64,000 nt of DNA. Origin: Candidatus Thermofontivivens primus. GTDB taxonomy: Bacteria; Sysuimicrobiota; Sysuimicrobiia; Sysuimicrobiales; Thermofontiviventaceae. The stretch spans positions 64,001-128,000 of the forward strand of contig JAVKJW010000003.1 in the NCBI GenBank assembly GCA_031458695.1, written 5' to 3'. Below are positions 55,791-64,000 of the stretch, piece after piece. The position numbers and the translations under genes are program-made. Under the pieces are notes generated by a model that was given only the letters and a program-made list of their open reading frames with translations, was not told the origin of the DNA and ran no database searches. Each line of letters opens with the position of its first letter. Position 1 is the stretch's first letter.

Positions 55791-56756
55791 ATGGGAGACT
55801 GGAAGCTGCCCCCCGAGGGAGGGCACATGGACAAACGGACGGGCATCTACCTCCAGAATATGACCTGGAAGGAGATCCAAGAGCGCCTCAAGAAGAACGA
55901 TATCCTCATCGTTCCCCTCGGTGCCACCGAGGCCCATGGTCCTCATGCCCCGCTCGGCGAGGACATCTGGCTCGTCTGCCGCATGGCTGAGCTCGTGGCC
56001 GAACGGACAGGATGTACCGTCGCCCAGCCCCTCTGGTATGGGTCCCATCCCTACCATCACCTGGGGATGCCTGGTACGGTGGTAATCCCCGAGGACGTAT
56101 TCACCGCGTTCGTCCGTGCGATGATCGCCGGGTTTTGGAATATGGGGTTCCGCAAGCAGATCCTCCTCAATGGCCACGGCCATGAGTACGTGATCCCTAC
56201 AGCGATCCATCAGTTTGCCAAGCGCTACAAGGTCCCAGCGGTGATCATCAACCTGAACTGGTACCATGCCATTCCCGATCACTTCAAGACGAAAGAGCAG
56301 GGAGGGGTGTACGAAACGCCGTTCATCCACGCGGACGAGGTGGAGACCTCCTGGTCCCTCGCCCTGTTCCCCGAGATGATCGAGATGAAGGACGCGGTGG
56401 ACACGAATCCTTTTGGCTTCCTCCCTGAGGGCCACATCGATAAGGCCGGAAACCTCCTGCGCAGGCCCATCGCTTGGTATGGACATGTCGGGGGCGGGCC
56501 CATTGAGGTGAAGGCCTACATCGAGGGGGTCGTGGGGAAGGCTACCCTGGCCAGGGCGGAGAAGGCCTACCCCGGTGTAGAGGCGCTCCTGGACTACATG
56601 GTGAAGCTCGTCAACGACATCCTCGAGCGGTTCCCGCCTGGCCAGCTTCCACCTATTGAACTGGTGACTGAGCGAGACAAGGAAGAGCTTGAGGCGGTCC
56701 TGCGGGGTCCACTCCAGGGAGGGAAGAGCATCTATACATTGGCATATCCGCCTTGA
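55791..56756 (+). CDS. iolN: 3-dehydro-scyllo-inosose hydrolase (creatininase family)
   Basis: TGIYLQNMT, GATEAHG, GEDI, HPYHHLGMPGT, LNGHG, HADEVETS, as in Thermotoga IolN. Confidence 0.88.
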   Translation: MGDWKLPPEGGHMDKRTGIYLQNMTWKEIQERLKKNDILIVPLGATEAHGPHAPLGEDIWLVCRMAELVAERTGCTVAQPLWYGSHPYHHLGMPGTVVIPEDVFTAFVRAMIAGFWNMGFRKQILLNGHGHEYVIPTAIHQFAKRYKVPAVIINLNWYHAIPDHFKTKEQGGVYETPFIHADEVETSWSLALFPEMIEMKDAVDTNPFGFLPEGHIDKAGNLLRRPIAWYGHVGGGPIEVKAYIEGVVGKATLARAEKAYPGVEALLDYMVKLVNDILERFPPGQLPPIELVTERDKEELEAVLRGPLQGGKSIYTLAYPP

Positions 56757-56779
56757 TCGCATCTATAGGGTCTATCGCG
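56753..56779 (+). repeat. Degenerate 9-bp tandem repeat x3
   Basis: TTGATCGCA TCTATAGGG TCTATCGCG at the iolN stop. Confidence 0.45.
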
Positions 56780-56814
56780 TCAAAGGCAAGAGAGCGGGAG
56801 AGGGATCGCGCGTC

Positions 56815-57627
56815 ATGAAGCTGAGTATGGTGGTCTCTCCTTCTCCGACGACGTTCGAGGCCGTGGCCTTCCAAGGGGAAGTAGCTTCGCACCTCCATGA
56901 GCTGAAGGCCTTGGGATACGAGGGTGTTGAGCTGGCGATCCGGGACCCTGGATCCGTGGATCGAACGGCCCTCCGGGCCCTCCTCGACGAGGTAGGGCTT
57001 TCGGTTCCAGCCCTCGGGACAGGCCAGGCGTACCTCGCCGATGGTTTGAGTTTCACCAATCCCTCAAAGGGCGTTCGTCGCGGGGCTGTTGCGCGCGTCC
57101 GCGCCCATATTAGCCTGGCCGCAAGCCTCGGGGCCATGGTGGTCATTGGGTTGATCCGGGGGAAGGTGGAGGAAACCCCGCGGGAACAGGCGGTAGCGTG
57201 GATGCTGGAGTGTCTCAAGGAATGCGCCCAAGTTGCAGAGGATGCGGACATGCGCCTTGTTCTGGAGCCCGTGAACCGCTATGAGTCCAATCTGATCAAT
57301 ACGGTGGAGGAGGCCTTGGCGGTGATCCAGGAGGTAGGCTCGCCCTACCTCGGCCTCCTGGCGGACACCTTTCATATGAACATCGAAGAGCCCTCCATAG
57401 AGGCGTCGCTGAGGGCTGCCGGGAGCCTGCTCTGGCATGTGCACATCGCCGATAGCAACCGCAGGGCCCCTGGCCTCGGCCACCTCGACTTCCCCCGTAT
57501 CCTCAAGACCCTGCGCGAGATAGGGTACTCTGGCTATCTCTCCGCCGAGATCCTTCCCTTCCCGGACCCTCATGAAGCCAGCCTCCAAACGGTGCGCTAC
57601 CTCAAGGGGATCATGAGCTCTCCATAA
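56815..57627 (+). CDS. iolO: 5-keto-L-gluconate epimerase
   Basis: MKLSMVVS...FEAVAFQG, ELAIRDP, GTGQAYLADGLS, IGLIRG, EPVNRYE, DTFHMNIEE, DSNRRAPG, as in Thermotoga IolO. Confidence 0.88.
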   Translation: MKLSMVVSPSPTTFEAVAFQGEVASHLHELKALGYEGVELAIRDPGSVDRTALRALLDEVGLSVPALGTGQAYLADGLSFTNPSKGVRRGAVARVRAHISLAASLGAMVVIGLIRGKVEETPREQAVAWMLECLKECAQVAEDADMRLVLEPVNRYESNLINTVEEALAVIQEVGSPYLGLLADTFHMNIEEPSIEASLRAAGSLLWHVHIADSNRRAPGLGHLDFPRILKTLREIGYSGYLSAEILPFPDPHEASLQTVRYLKGIMSSP

Positions 57628-57663
57628 TCACGGAAGAAGGAAACTTTCTTTGCACGTCGAAAA

Positions 57664-57679
57664 ATGACAACGTTGTCAT
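57664..57679. promoter_or_regulatory. LacI-type operator ATGACAACGTTGTCAT
   Basis: Perfect 16-bp palindrome abutting the ATG of the second LacI gene. Confidence 0.85.
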
Positions 57680-58672
57680 ATGCCGGTGACGATTCGAGAT
57701 GTAGCCAGGCAAGCTGGTGTATCGGTAAAGACGGTCTCCAGGGTGATCAATGGGGACGGTCCCGTCCGAGAGGCGACGCGGCAGCGCGTCCAGGCGGTAA
57801 TCGAGGCCCTGCACTATCGTCCGAACGCAGTTGCGCGGAGCCTCGTGACGCGTCGCACCATGGCCCTGGGCCTCCTGATCGCCGACGTTATCAACCCCTT
57901 CTTCCCAGAAGTTGTACGAGGGGTTGAGGACGCAGCGAAAGTGGCTGGGTATACCGTCCTTCTTGGGAACACAGATGAGGACCCCGTGCAAGAGGAACGG
58001 TACTTGGCCCTCATGCAAGAGCGCCAAGTGGACGGTTTAGTACTTTCTGGCTCCCGTGCGGAGGAGGAAGTTTTGAGGCAAGCGGCGGATTCCGGCTTCT
58101 GGATGGCCTTGATCAACCGCGCGGTACACCACCCACGCATCCTTTCCATCCTTGTGGACAACGCTGATGCGACAGCCCAGGCCACCTCTTACTTGATCCA
58201 GAAAGGACACCGGCGTATCGCGTATCTCCTCGGTCCCAGCAGGGCCGAAGCTGCACGACTCCGGTTCGAAGGGTACCGCCGCGCCCTCCGAGAGCATGGG
58301 ATTCCCTTCCGGCCAGCGTACGTGGTGCAGGAGATCCCTCGCATAGAAGGGGGGCGAAAGGCTATGCGAACCCTCCTTGCGCTCCCCTCGCCTCCCACGG
58401 CCGTGGTTGCCTATAATGACCTCATGGCCATTGGGGCCATAGAGGCTGTTCAAGAAGCAGGTGGCAGGGTTCCCGACGATGTTGCTGTCATCGGTTTTGA
58501 TGACATTCTCCTCGCAGCGTATACCATCCCACCCCTGACCACGGTGCGCGTTCCAAAGTACGAGATGGGATACAAGGCCGCAGCTGCCCTGATCGATACC
58601 ATCAAGATTGGCCGGACATCCCCTCGAGTGGTGCGGTTCAAAGGGAAGATCGTCGTACGAGGGTCGGCCTAG
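57680..58672 (+). CDS. LacI-family transcriptional regulator (second)
   Basis: TIRDVARQAGVSVKTVSRVIN, YRPN..ARSL, GHRRI, NDLMAIG, GFDD, PLTTV. Confidence 0.95.
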   Translation: MPVTIRDVARQAGVSVKTVSRVINGDGPVREATRQRVQAVIEALHYRPNAVARSLVTRRTMALGLLIADVINPFFPEVVRGVEDAAKVAGYTVLLGNTDEDPVQEERYLALMQERQVDGLVLSGSRAEEEVLRQAADSGFWMALINRAVHHPRILSILVDNADATAQATSYLIQKGHRRIAYLLGPSRAEAARLRFEGYRRALREHGIPFRPAYVVQEIPRIEGGRKAMRTLLALPSPPTAVVAYNDLMAIGAIEAVQEAGGRVPDDVAVIGFDDILLAAYTIPPLTTVRVPKYEMGYKAAAALIDTIKIGRTSPRVVRFKGKIVVRGSA

Positions 58673-58681
58673 GAGGCCGGG

Positions 58682-59446
58682 ATGTACGTTACGGTACGGC
58701 CGCAGCGTGGATATCAGGAGATCTTTGGGGCGGAGAGGTTCCAGTATCTCCATCTCGGGTTTCTCTCCCTGGAGGCAGAAGACCGCTTCTCTGGTGAGAC
58801 GGGGCAGCGCGAGCTGGTGATGGTCCTCCAGTCAGGGGACTGTGAAGTCCACACGGAAGGGTTTTCCGCCCCTCTCCGCCGCAAGTCCGTCTTCTCCGAG
58901 AAAGCCAGCGCCGTCTATCTTCCTCCGGGTGTTCCATTCACTGTGCACGCCCGTGGTTCATCGCAACTCGTGTTGGCGTCAGCTCCTGCGCATACTGGAC
59001 CCATGCCGACGATCATCGGGCCCGATGCTGTGCGGGTGCGCGAGGTGGGGAGGGAGAACTGGCAGCGGGAAGTCCATGATATCGTGTCCATGGATTTCCC
59101 AGCCGAGAGGCTCCTGGTCGGGGAGACCTATAATCCCCCAGGGAACTGGAGCAGCTACCCTCCTCACAAGCATGATATGGACCGTGGAGAGGAGGAAACG
59201 GCGATGGAGGAGGCCTACCTCTTCCGCATCGACCCGCCGCATGGGTTCGGCCTTCAGTGCCTGTACTCTGGCGATGGCCGCGAGGAGGTCTACATCGTCA
59301 GGAACCTGAGCGCAGTTGCCCTCTCGGGCTATCACCCGGTGGTGGCGGCTCCTGGATACAGGCTTTACTACCTCTGGGCGATGGCGGGGAGAAGGCGGAA
59401 GCTCATCCCGCATATCGAGGAGGCACATGCCTGGATCCTAGCATAA
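58682..59446 (+). CDS. iolB: 5-deoxy-glucuronate isomerase (IolB/KduI cupin family)
   Basis: LLVGET, GNWSSYPPHKHD, EEAY, GYHPVVAAPGY..YYLW. Confidence 0.88.
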   Translation: MYVTVRPQRGYQEIFGAERFQYLHLGFLSLEAEDRFSGETGQRELVMVLQSGDCEVHTEGFSAPLRRKSVFSEKASAVYLPPGVPFTVHARGSSQLVLASAPAHTGPMPTIIGPDAVRVREVGRENWQREVHDIVSMDFPAERLLVGETYNPPGNWSSYPPHKHDMDRGEEETAMEEAYLFRIDPPHGFGLQCLYSGDGREEVYIVRNLSAVALSGYHPVVAAPGYRLYYLWAMAGRRRKLIPHIEEAHAWILA

Positions 59447-59499
59447 TGTCTTTCGAGCCCAGCACACGTCTATGGAAAATTGAGTCAAGGAGGGGAAAG

Positions 59500-60843
59500 A
59501 TGATGAAAGGGATTGCCACGAGAGCTCTTGTGATTCTCCTTGGGCTTGTGTTCCTTCTCACGAGTATCCCTGCGGGGTCGGCCGGCGCGCCCGTGACGAT
59601 CACCGTGACCAATCGCAAGGGGTGGCGGTCCACGGAAGGGATCAAGGCCAACCTCCCCCAATTTGAGAAGGCCACGGGGATCAAAGTGAACTGGATCGAC
59701 ATCCCGCCAGGGGAGCTCACAGCCAAGACCCTCGCGGAGCTCGAGGCCAGGACAGGAGCGTTCGATGTGATCATGGCCAGCGTGGAGTTCGACCTGGCCG
59801 CGTACTACCGTTACCTGATCCCCCTGGACGAGTTCATCGCCAAGAAGTGGGGGAGCGTGGCTTCCTTCAAGCGGCTTATCAGCCCTGAGGCCGCTCGCGC
59901 CATTGTCTGGGAAGGAAAGGTCTATTATATCCCCTTCCACGGCAATGTCCAGTTCCTCATCTACCGGAAGAAACTGTTCGAAGATCCTGCGGAGCGATCG
60001 GCGTTTAAGCAGCGGTTTGGCTATGACCTGCCCACACCTCCCAAGACCATCAAAGAACTCGTGGATGTCGCTGTCTTCTTTACCCGCCCGGAGAAGAACC
60101 TGTGGGGGCTGGGGATCCCTCTTGGGGGGAAATACCCCCAGCACTTCTTGGAACACGTGATGCTGGGTGCAGGAATTGATGTTGTGGATCTGAAGACACG
60201 GAAACCAGACTTCGCCGAGGGTGCGAAGCGCGACCGGGCCGTGGAGATCGCCCAGTTCCTGTTCGACCTCTTGTATAAGTACAAGGTGATCCCTCCCGGG
60301 GCGAAGACCATGGGACACGTGGAGATGCGGGAAATCTGGAAGCTGGGCCAGCTCGCCATGGCCTTCTCCTGGTGGGGTGACCACTGGGACAAGCTTACTT
60401 CCCCGGAGTTCGTGTCGGCGGTTGGGGAGGTGGGGAGCGCCCCGTTCCCACAGTGGCCGGGCGGGCCTCCAGGACGCAGTGGCGGGCGCATGTCCATCTG
60501 GACCGTAGGCATCGTGGGCACCACGAAGAACAAGGACGCGGCCTGGAAGTTCATCGAGTGGCTCGTCTCCGAAGAAAACCTCCAGACCGAGGCCCGGACC
60601 TCCGGATCTGCCTCCCACTGGATCGCTGTGGACAAGGTCTCGGCAGAGCGCGGGTGGCTTGCCAAGGGTCTCGTGGAGGCGCTTCCCAAGAGCGTCCCTC
60701 CGCGCCTGGGGTTCCTGAAGGAGGGTCCGGAGATCGTCACCGCTTTTATCGAGGAAGCGCAGGCGTTGACCGTGGCAAGCGTTTCCCCGAAAGCAATGGT
60801 TGATCGGCTGGCGAAGCGCATCGCAGAGATCCTGAAAAAGTAA
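59500..60843 (+). CDS. CUT1 sugar ABC substrate-binding protein
   Basis: AAGGAGG SD; signal peptide; FEKATGIKV, YRKKLF, PKT, AAWKFIEW. Confidence 0.85.
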   Translation: MMKGIATRALVILLGLVFLLTSIPAGSAGAPVTITVTNRKGWRSTEGIKANLPQFEKATGIKVNWIDIPPGELTAKTLAELEARTGAFDVIMASVEFDLAAYYRYLIPLDEFIAKKWGSVASFKRLISPEAARAIVWEGKVYYIPFHGNVQFLIYRKKLFEDPAERSAFKQRFGYDLPTPPKTIKELVDVAVFFTRPEKNLWGLGIPLGGKYPQHFLEHVMLGAGIDVVDLKTRKPDFAEGAKRDRAVEIAQFLFDLLYKYKVIPPGAKTMGHVEMREIWKLGQLAMAFSWWGDHWDKLTSPEFVSAVGEVGSAPFPQWPGGPPGRSGGRMSIWTVGIVGTTKNKDAAWKFIEWLVSEENLQTEARTSGSASHWIAVDKVSAERGWLAKGLVEALPKSVPPRLGFLKEGPEIVTAFIEEAQALTVASVSPKAMVDRLAKRIAEILKK

Positions 60844-60952
60844 AAAAGCTCAGGCGAGAATGGAGAAGGGTCGGGAGCTTCCCTGGGCGTGGCTGGACGC
60901 GATGGCTCCCGACCCCTCTCTGTAGAATCGGGCCAGTTGGGGAGGGAAACAT

Positions 60953-61813
60953 GTGCGGCGACTCACCTTGGATCAGGCGGTCCTGATCGCTCCAGCGCTT
61001 GCGATCATGCTCGTCTTCTTCGCCTACCCCATTGGCCTCACTGTGTACTTCAGCCTCCTGGACTACTCCCTCATGCGTCGCACCAAGGCGTTCGTCGGCC
61101 TTGCCAATTACCTCCACGTGCTCCAGAGCGACCTTTTCGTCAGGACCGCCACCAACACCCTGGTTTGGGTCGTGATCTCCACGGTCCTTCCCCTTCTCAT
61201 TGCGCTTGTTGCCGCACTGCTCACCTACTTCCGGTTCCGCGGGTATCGTGCCTTCACCGCGCTGTTCAGCCTTCCCATTGTGTTCATCCCATCCTCCACG
61301 GCGATCCTCTGGGCCCTCATGTACAGCGACCCGTTTGGACTCGTCAACCACCTATGTGAAGCCTTCGGCCTTGGGCGACGTATCTGGCTTGCGGACCCAG
61401 CCACTGCGCTCCCGGCTGTTTCCATAGCCAACGCTTGGTATGGGACCCCGTTCGCTTATCTGATGCTCCTTGCCGGGCTAGAGAGCCTACCGCTCGAGCC
61501 GATCGAGGCCAGTGAGGTAGATGGGGCGTCTAGCCTCCAGAAGGTGCGCTACATCCTCCTTCCTATGCTCTGGCCCATTTTCACCGTGGTGTTCCTCCTG
61601 CGCCTCATCGATACGGTGCGGAGCTTTGCCCTCATCTGGATCATGACCCAGGGAGGGCCAGGGACAGCCTCGCTAACGCTCCCCGTTGCAACGTTCAAGG
61701 CTTCCTTCCTGCAGTACGATTACGGACTCGGTTCCGCGTGGGGGATCATCAACGTGATTGTGGTGATGGGGATCAGCTTTGCGATTGTGTGGAGGAGGAG
61801 GGAGGTTGAATGA
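60953..61813 (+). CDS. CUT1 sugar ABC permease (MalF-like)
   Basis: FVGLANY, EASEVDGAS, MTQGGPG. Confidence 0.9.
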   Translation: MRRLTLDQAVLIAPALAIMLVFFAYPIGLTVYFSLLDYSLMRRTKAFVGLANYLHVLQSDLFVRTATNTLVWVVISTVLPLLIALVAALLTYFRFRGYRAFTALFSLPIVFIPSSTAILWALMYSDPFGLVNHLCEAFGLGRRIWLADPATALPAVSIANAWYGTPFAYLMLLAGLESLPLEPIEASEVDGASSLQKVRYILLPMLWPIFTVVFLLRLIDTVRSFALIWIMTQGGPGTASLTLPVATFKASFLQYDYGLGSAWGIINVIVVMGISFAIVWRRREVE

Positions 61814-62625
61814 AGGGCGGGTGGGGAGTTCCCCTCGTTGCATTGGCTATCTTCCTTCTCTTAGTCTGGGCTCTCACCCCTGTGGTCTACGCGATGCTCA
61901 TCTCGCTGGCAGGGTTCGATCTCCCTACCAAGCTGGGGTTACCAAACGATCTTACCTTCGCGAACTATCTAGATGCGCTGACGGACCGGGAGGTCTACCG
62001 GGCCATGGCGAACTCCCTGATCATCGCTGTGCTCGCTACAGCGATCTCCACCTTCTCAAGCATCCCCGCCTCCTATGTCTTCTCCCGTTCTCAGTCCAGG
62101 GTGGCATCGGCGCTCCTCCTGTTGTTCCTGTTCTTCCGCCTCTTCCCGTGGATCGCCCTGGCCTTCCCGATATTCCTAGTGATGGCCCGCTTCCGCCTCC
62201 TCGACACCTACCTCGGGGTGAGTATCGGGCACACTGTCTGGATCATCCCCACCGCCATCTGGTACATGAAGGGTTTCTTCGACCTCGTGCCCAAGGAGCT
62301 CGAGGAGTCAGCTGTTCTTGACGGGGCGACGCCCTTTGTGCTGCTCACGAAGGTGGTGCTCCCCTTGGCGATCCCTGGGATGGTCGCCGTGAGCCTGCTG
62401 GCCTTTTTCTCCAGCTATACCGAGTACCTCTACTCGCTCATCCTCACCCGGGTCCACACTGTCACGCTGCCTGTCCTGATGGCAGGATATCTTTCTGAAT
62501 TCAAGGTGGAGTGGCGGAAGATCTCGGCGATCTCCATGCTCTCGACCATCCCGATGCTGGCGTTCTATTCCTACCTCCTCAGCTACATGCGGCGGGGCCT
62601 CCTGTACGGCGTCATGAAAGGATGA
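61810..62625 (+). CDS. CUT1 sugar ABC permease (MalG-like)
   Basis: TFANY, NSL, VPKELEESAVLDGA, TLPV. Confidence 0.9.
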   Translation: MKGGWGVPLVALAIFLLLVWALTPVVYAMLISLAGFDLPTKLGLPNDLTFANYLDALTDREVYRAMANSLIIAVLATAISTFSSIPASYVFSRSQSRVASALLLLFLFFRLFPWIALAFPIFLVMARFRLLDTYLGVSIGHTVWIIPTAIWYMKGFFDLVPKELEESAVLDGATPFVLLTKVVLPLAIPGMVAVSLLAFFSSYTEYLYSLILTRVHTVTLPVLMAGYLSEFKVEWRKISAISMLSTIPMLAFYSYLLSYMRRGLLYGVMKG

Positions 62626-62649
62626 GCTGCTCCACAGAAGGGGGACGAG

Positions 62650-64000
62650 ATGGAGAAGACGATCTTGACCCTCGATCTAGGCACCACCGCGGTGAAAGCG
62701 ACGCTGTTCACCGTGGATGGGGTGGTCTGTGCGCAGGCAATGCGAGAGTATCCCACGGAGCGCCCACGGCCGGATTGGGCAGAGCAGGACCCGGAAGTCT
62801 GGTGGGAGGCGTCCGTGGAGGCGATCCGTGCCCTCGGGGATCTCCGAAGTGTCAAGGTAATTAGCTTGACATCTCAGCGCGAGGGGGTCGTCCCCGTGGA
62901 TGCCCAGGGGAACCCGCTCGCCCGGTGCATCATCTGGCAGGACCGACGGGCCTACCAAGAGGCCCAGGAGCTTGCTTCGGCCTTTGGCGAGGGACTCCAC
63001 GCACGGACGGGGATGCGGCCGGACCCAACGTTTACCGCCCCGAAGCTCTTGTGGATGCGACGCCACGACCCCGATTCCTTCACCCGCGCCCGTTGGTTCC
63101 TCCAGCCGCGTGACTATCTCTACCTGCGTCTTACGGGGTGTGCCGTCACCGATCCCTCCCTGGCCTCGCGCACCATGTTGTGGGATCTCCGCGCAGGCTG
63201 CTGGTGGGAGGAAGGGTTGTCCTACGTGGGCTTGCGGAATGACCAGCTCCCGCCTGTGTATCCTTCGACGGCTATGCCGGGTTCACTCTCTGTAGGGGCC
63301 GCGCACTCCCTCGGTGTGCAGCCGGGAATCCCTGTGGTGGTTGGGGCGGGGGATCGCGCGTGTGAGGCCATCGGCGTTGGGGCGGCAGATGGCCGGGTGA
63401 TGGTGAGCACAGGGACGACGACCAACATCTCCACGGCGACAGTGGCCTTACCTGCTCGCCTCGACCCACGCTTGCTCTACTCCGCCCACGGGATCCCCGG
63501 ATGGTATCTCATCGAGCAGGGGCTGAGCACTTCGGGCTCGATCCTCCGGTGGCTCCGCGATGAGGTACTAGGCGGACAGTGGACATATGCAGATCTTGAC
63601 CGTCTCGCTGCAGAAAGCCCGCCCGGTGCCAGGGGATTGATCCTTCTCCCGTTCTTCATGGGCGCACGGTCGACACGCTGGAATCCCCACGCGCGTGGTC
63701 TTTTCCTGGGATTCACCCTTGGCCATCGCCTCGGCGACCTCGTGCGAAGCGTCTTAGAGGGAGTTGCGATGGAGATCCGGGCATGTCTCGACCTGTTGCG
63801 GGAAGGGAGTGTGCATGTTTCCGAGATCGTGGTAGTGGGCGGGGGTGCGCGGAGCAGCCTCTGGAACCAGATCCTGGCCGATGCCGCGGGATGTCCCGTC
63901 GTTGTGCCGAAGGAACGGGAGGCGGCCTCCCTCGGGGCGATGATCCTGGCTGCGGCAGGGATGGGCTACCTTGGGGAAATCTCTTCAAGTTGGAAAACCC
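62650..64000 (+). CDS. FGGY-family carbohydrate kinase (xylulokinase/gluconokinase-like), truncated by window end
   Basis: Not in the ORF track (no stop in window); reads MEKTILTLDLGTTAVK...WAEQDP...SQREG...IWQDRR...GAGD...STGT...LEGVA...GGGARSSLWNQILAD...EAASLGA. Confidence 0.9.
   Translation, partial: MEKTILTLDLGTTAVKATLFTVDGVVCAQAMREYPTERPRPDWAEQDPEVWWEASVEAIRALGDLRSVKVISLTSQREGVVPVDAQGNPLARCIIWQDRRAYQEAQELASAFGEGLHARTGMRPDPTFTAPKLLWMRRHDPDSFTRARWFLQPRDYLYLRLTGCAVTDPSLASRTMLWDLRAGCWWEEGLSYVGLRNDQLPPVYPSTAMPGSLSVGAAHSLGVQPGIPVVVGAGDRACEAIGVGAADGRVMVSTGTTTNISTATVALPARLDPRLLYSAHGIPGWYLIEQGLSTSGSILRWLRDEVLGGQWTYADLDRLAAESPPGARGLILLPFFMGARSTRWNPHARGLFLGFTLGHRLGDLVRSVLEGVAMEIRACLDLLREGSVHVSEIVVVGGGARSSLWNQILADAAGCPVVVPKEREAASLGAMILAAAGMGYLGEISSSWKT

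Overview
GC-rich bacterial window, almost all on the + strand, in three blocks. (1) 1-34279: aromatic-acid catabolic supercluster. It opens with a benzoate-CoA-ligase-type gene, a Liv-type ABC importer, a second CoA ligase, an atypical crotonase and an acyl-CoA dehydrogenase. A roughly 25 kb co-directional unit follows (9066-34279): LeuCD-like hydro-lyase, phenylacetate-CoA ligase, short LeuA/HphA-like synthase, IorAB with a fused ferredoxin, KorABC-type oxidoreductase, TetR, two ABC importers, class III CoA-transferase, crotonase, BbsD-like SDR, BbsA/BbsB-like thiolase pair, PrpF/Mii-family isomerase and a PaaJ-type thiolase. My main inference is that these genes form an O2-independent route I do not know from the literature: phenylacetate -> phenylpyruvate -> 2-benzylmalate -> benzylmaleate -> phenylitaconate -> (Bbs-like beta-oxidation) -> benzoyl-CoA + succinyl-CoA. 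(2) 34405-41790: MBL hydrolase, tRNA-Cys(GCA), a small, more AT-rich toxin-antitoxin islet (HicA, HicB with a C-terminal tail, a third small gene, a truncated PIN toxin), pepA, a TIM-barrel protein, an ornithine-cyclodeaminase-family gene and a hypothetical membrane protein. (3) 41855-64000: inositol/inositol-phosphate catabolic region mixing Thermotoga-type iolM/iolN/iolO with iolI, iolG-like and iolB. It also holds a TIM-barrel/aldolase fusion, two AfuA-like transporter sets flanking a HAD phosphatase, two LacI regulators with perfect palindromic operators, a CUT1 ABC transporter and an FGGY kinase cut by the window edge. Families of short 7-, 8- and 9-bp tandem repeats recur just after stop codons. 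All family calls rest on motifs and remembered homologs; no searches were run.
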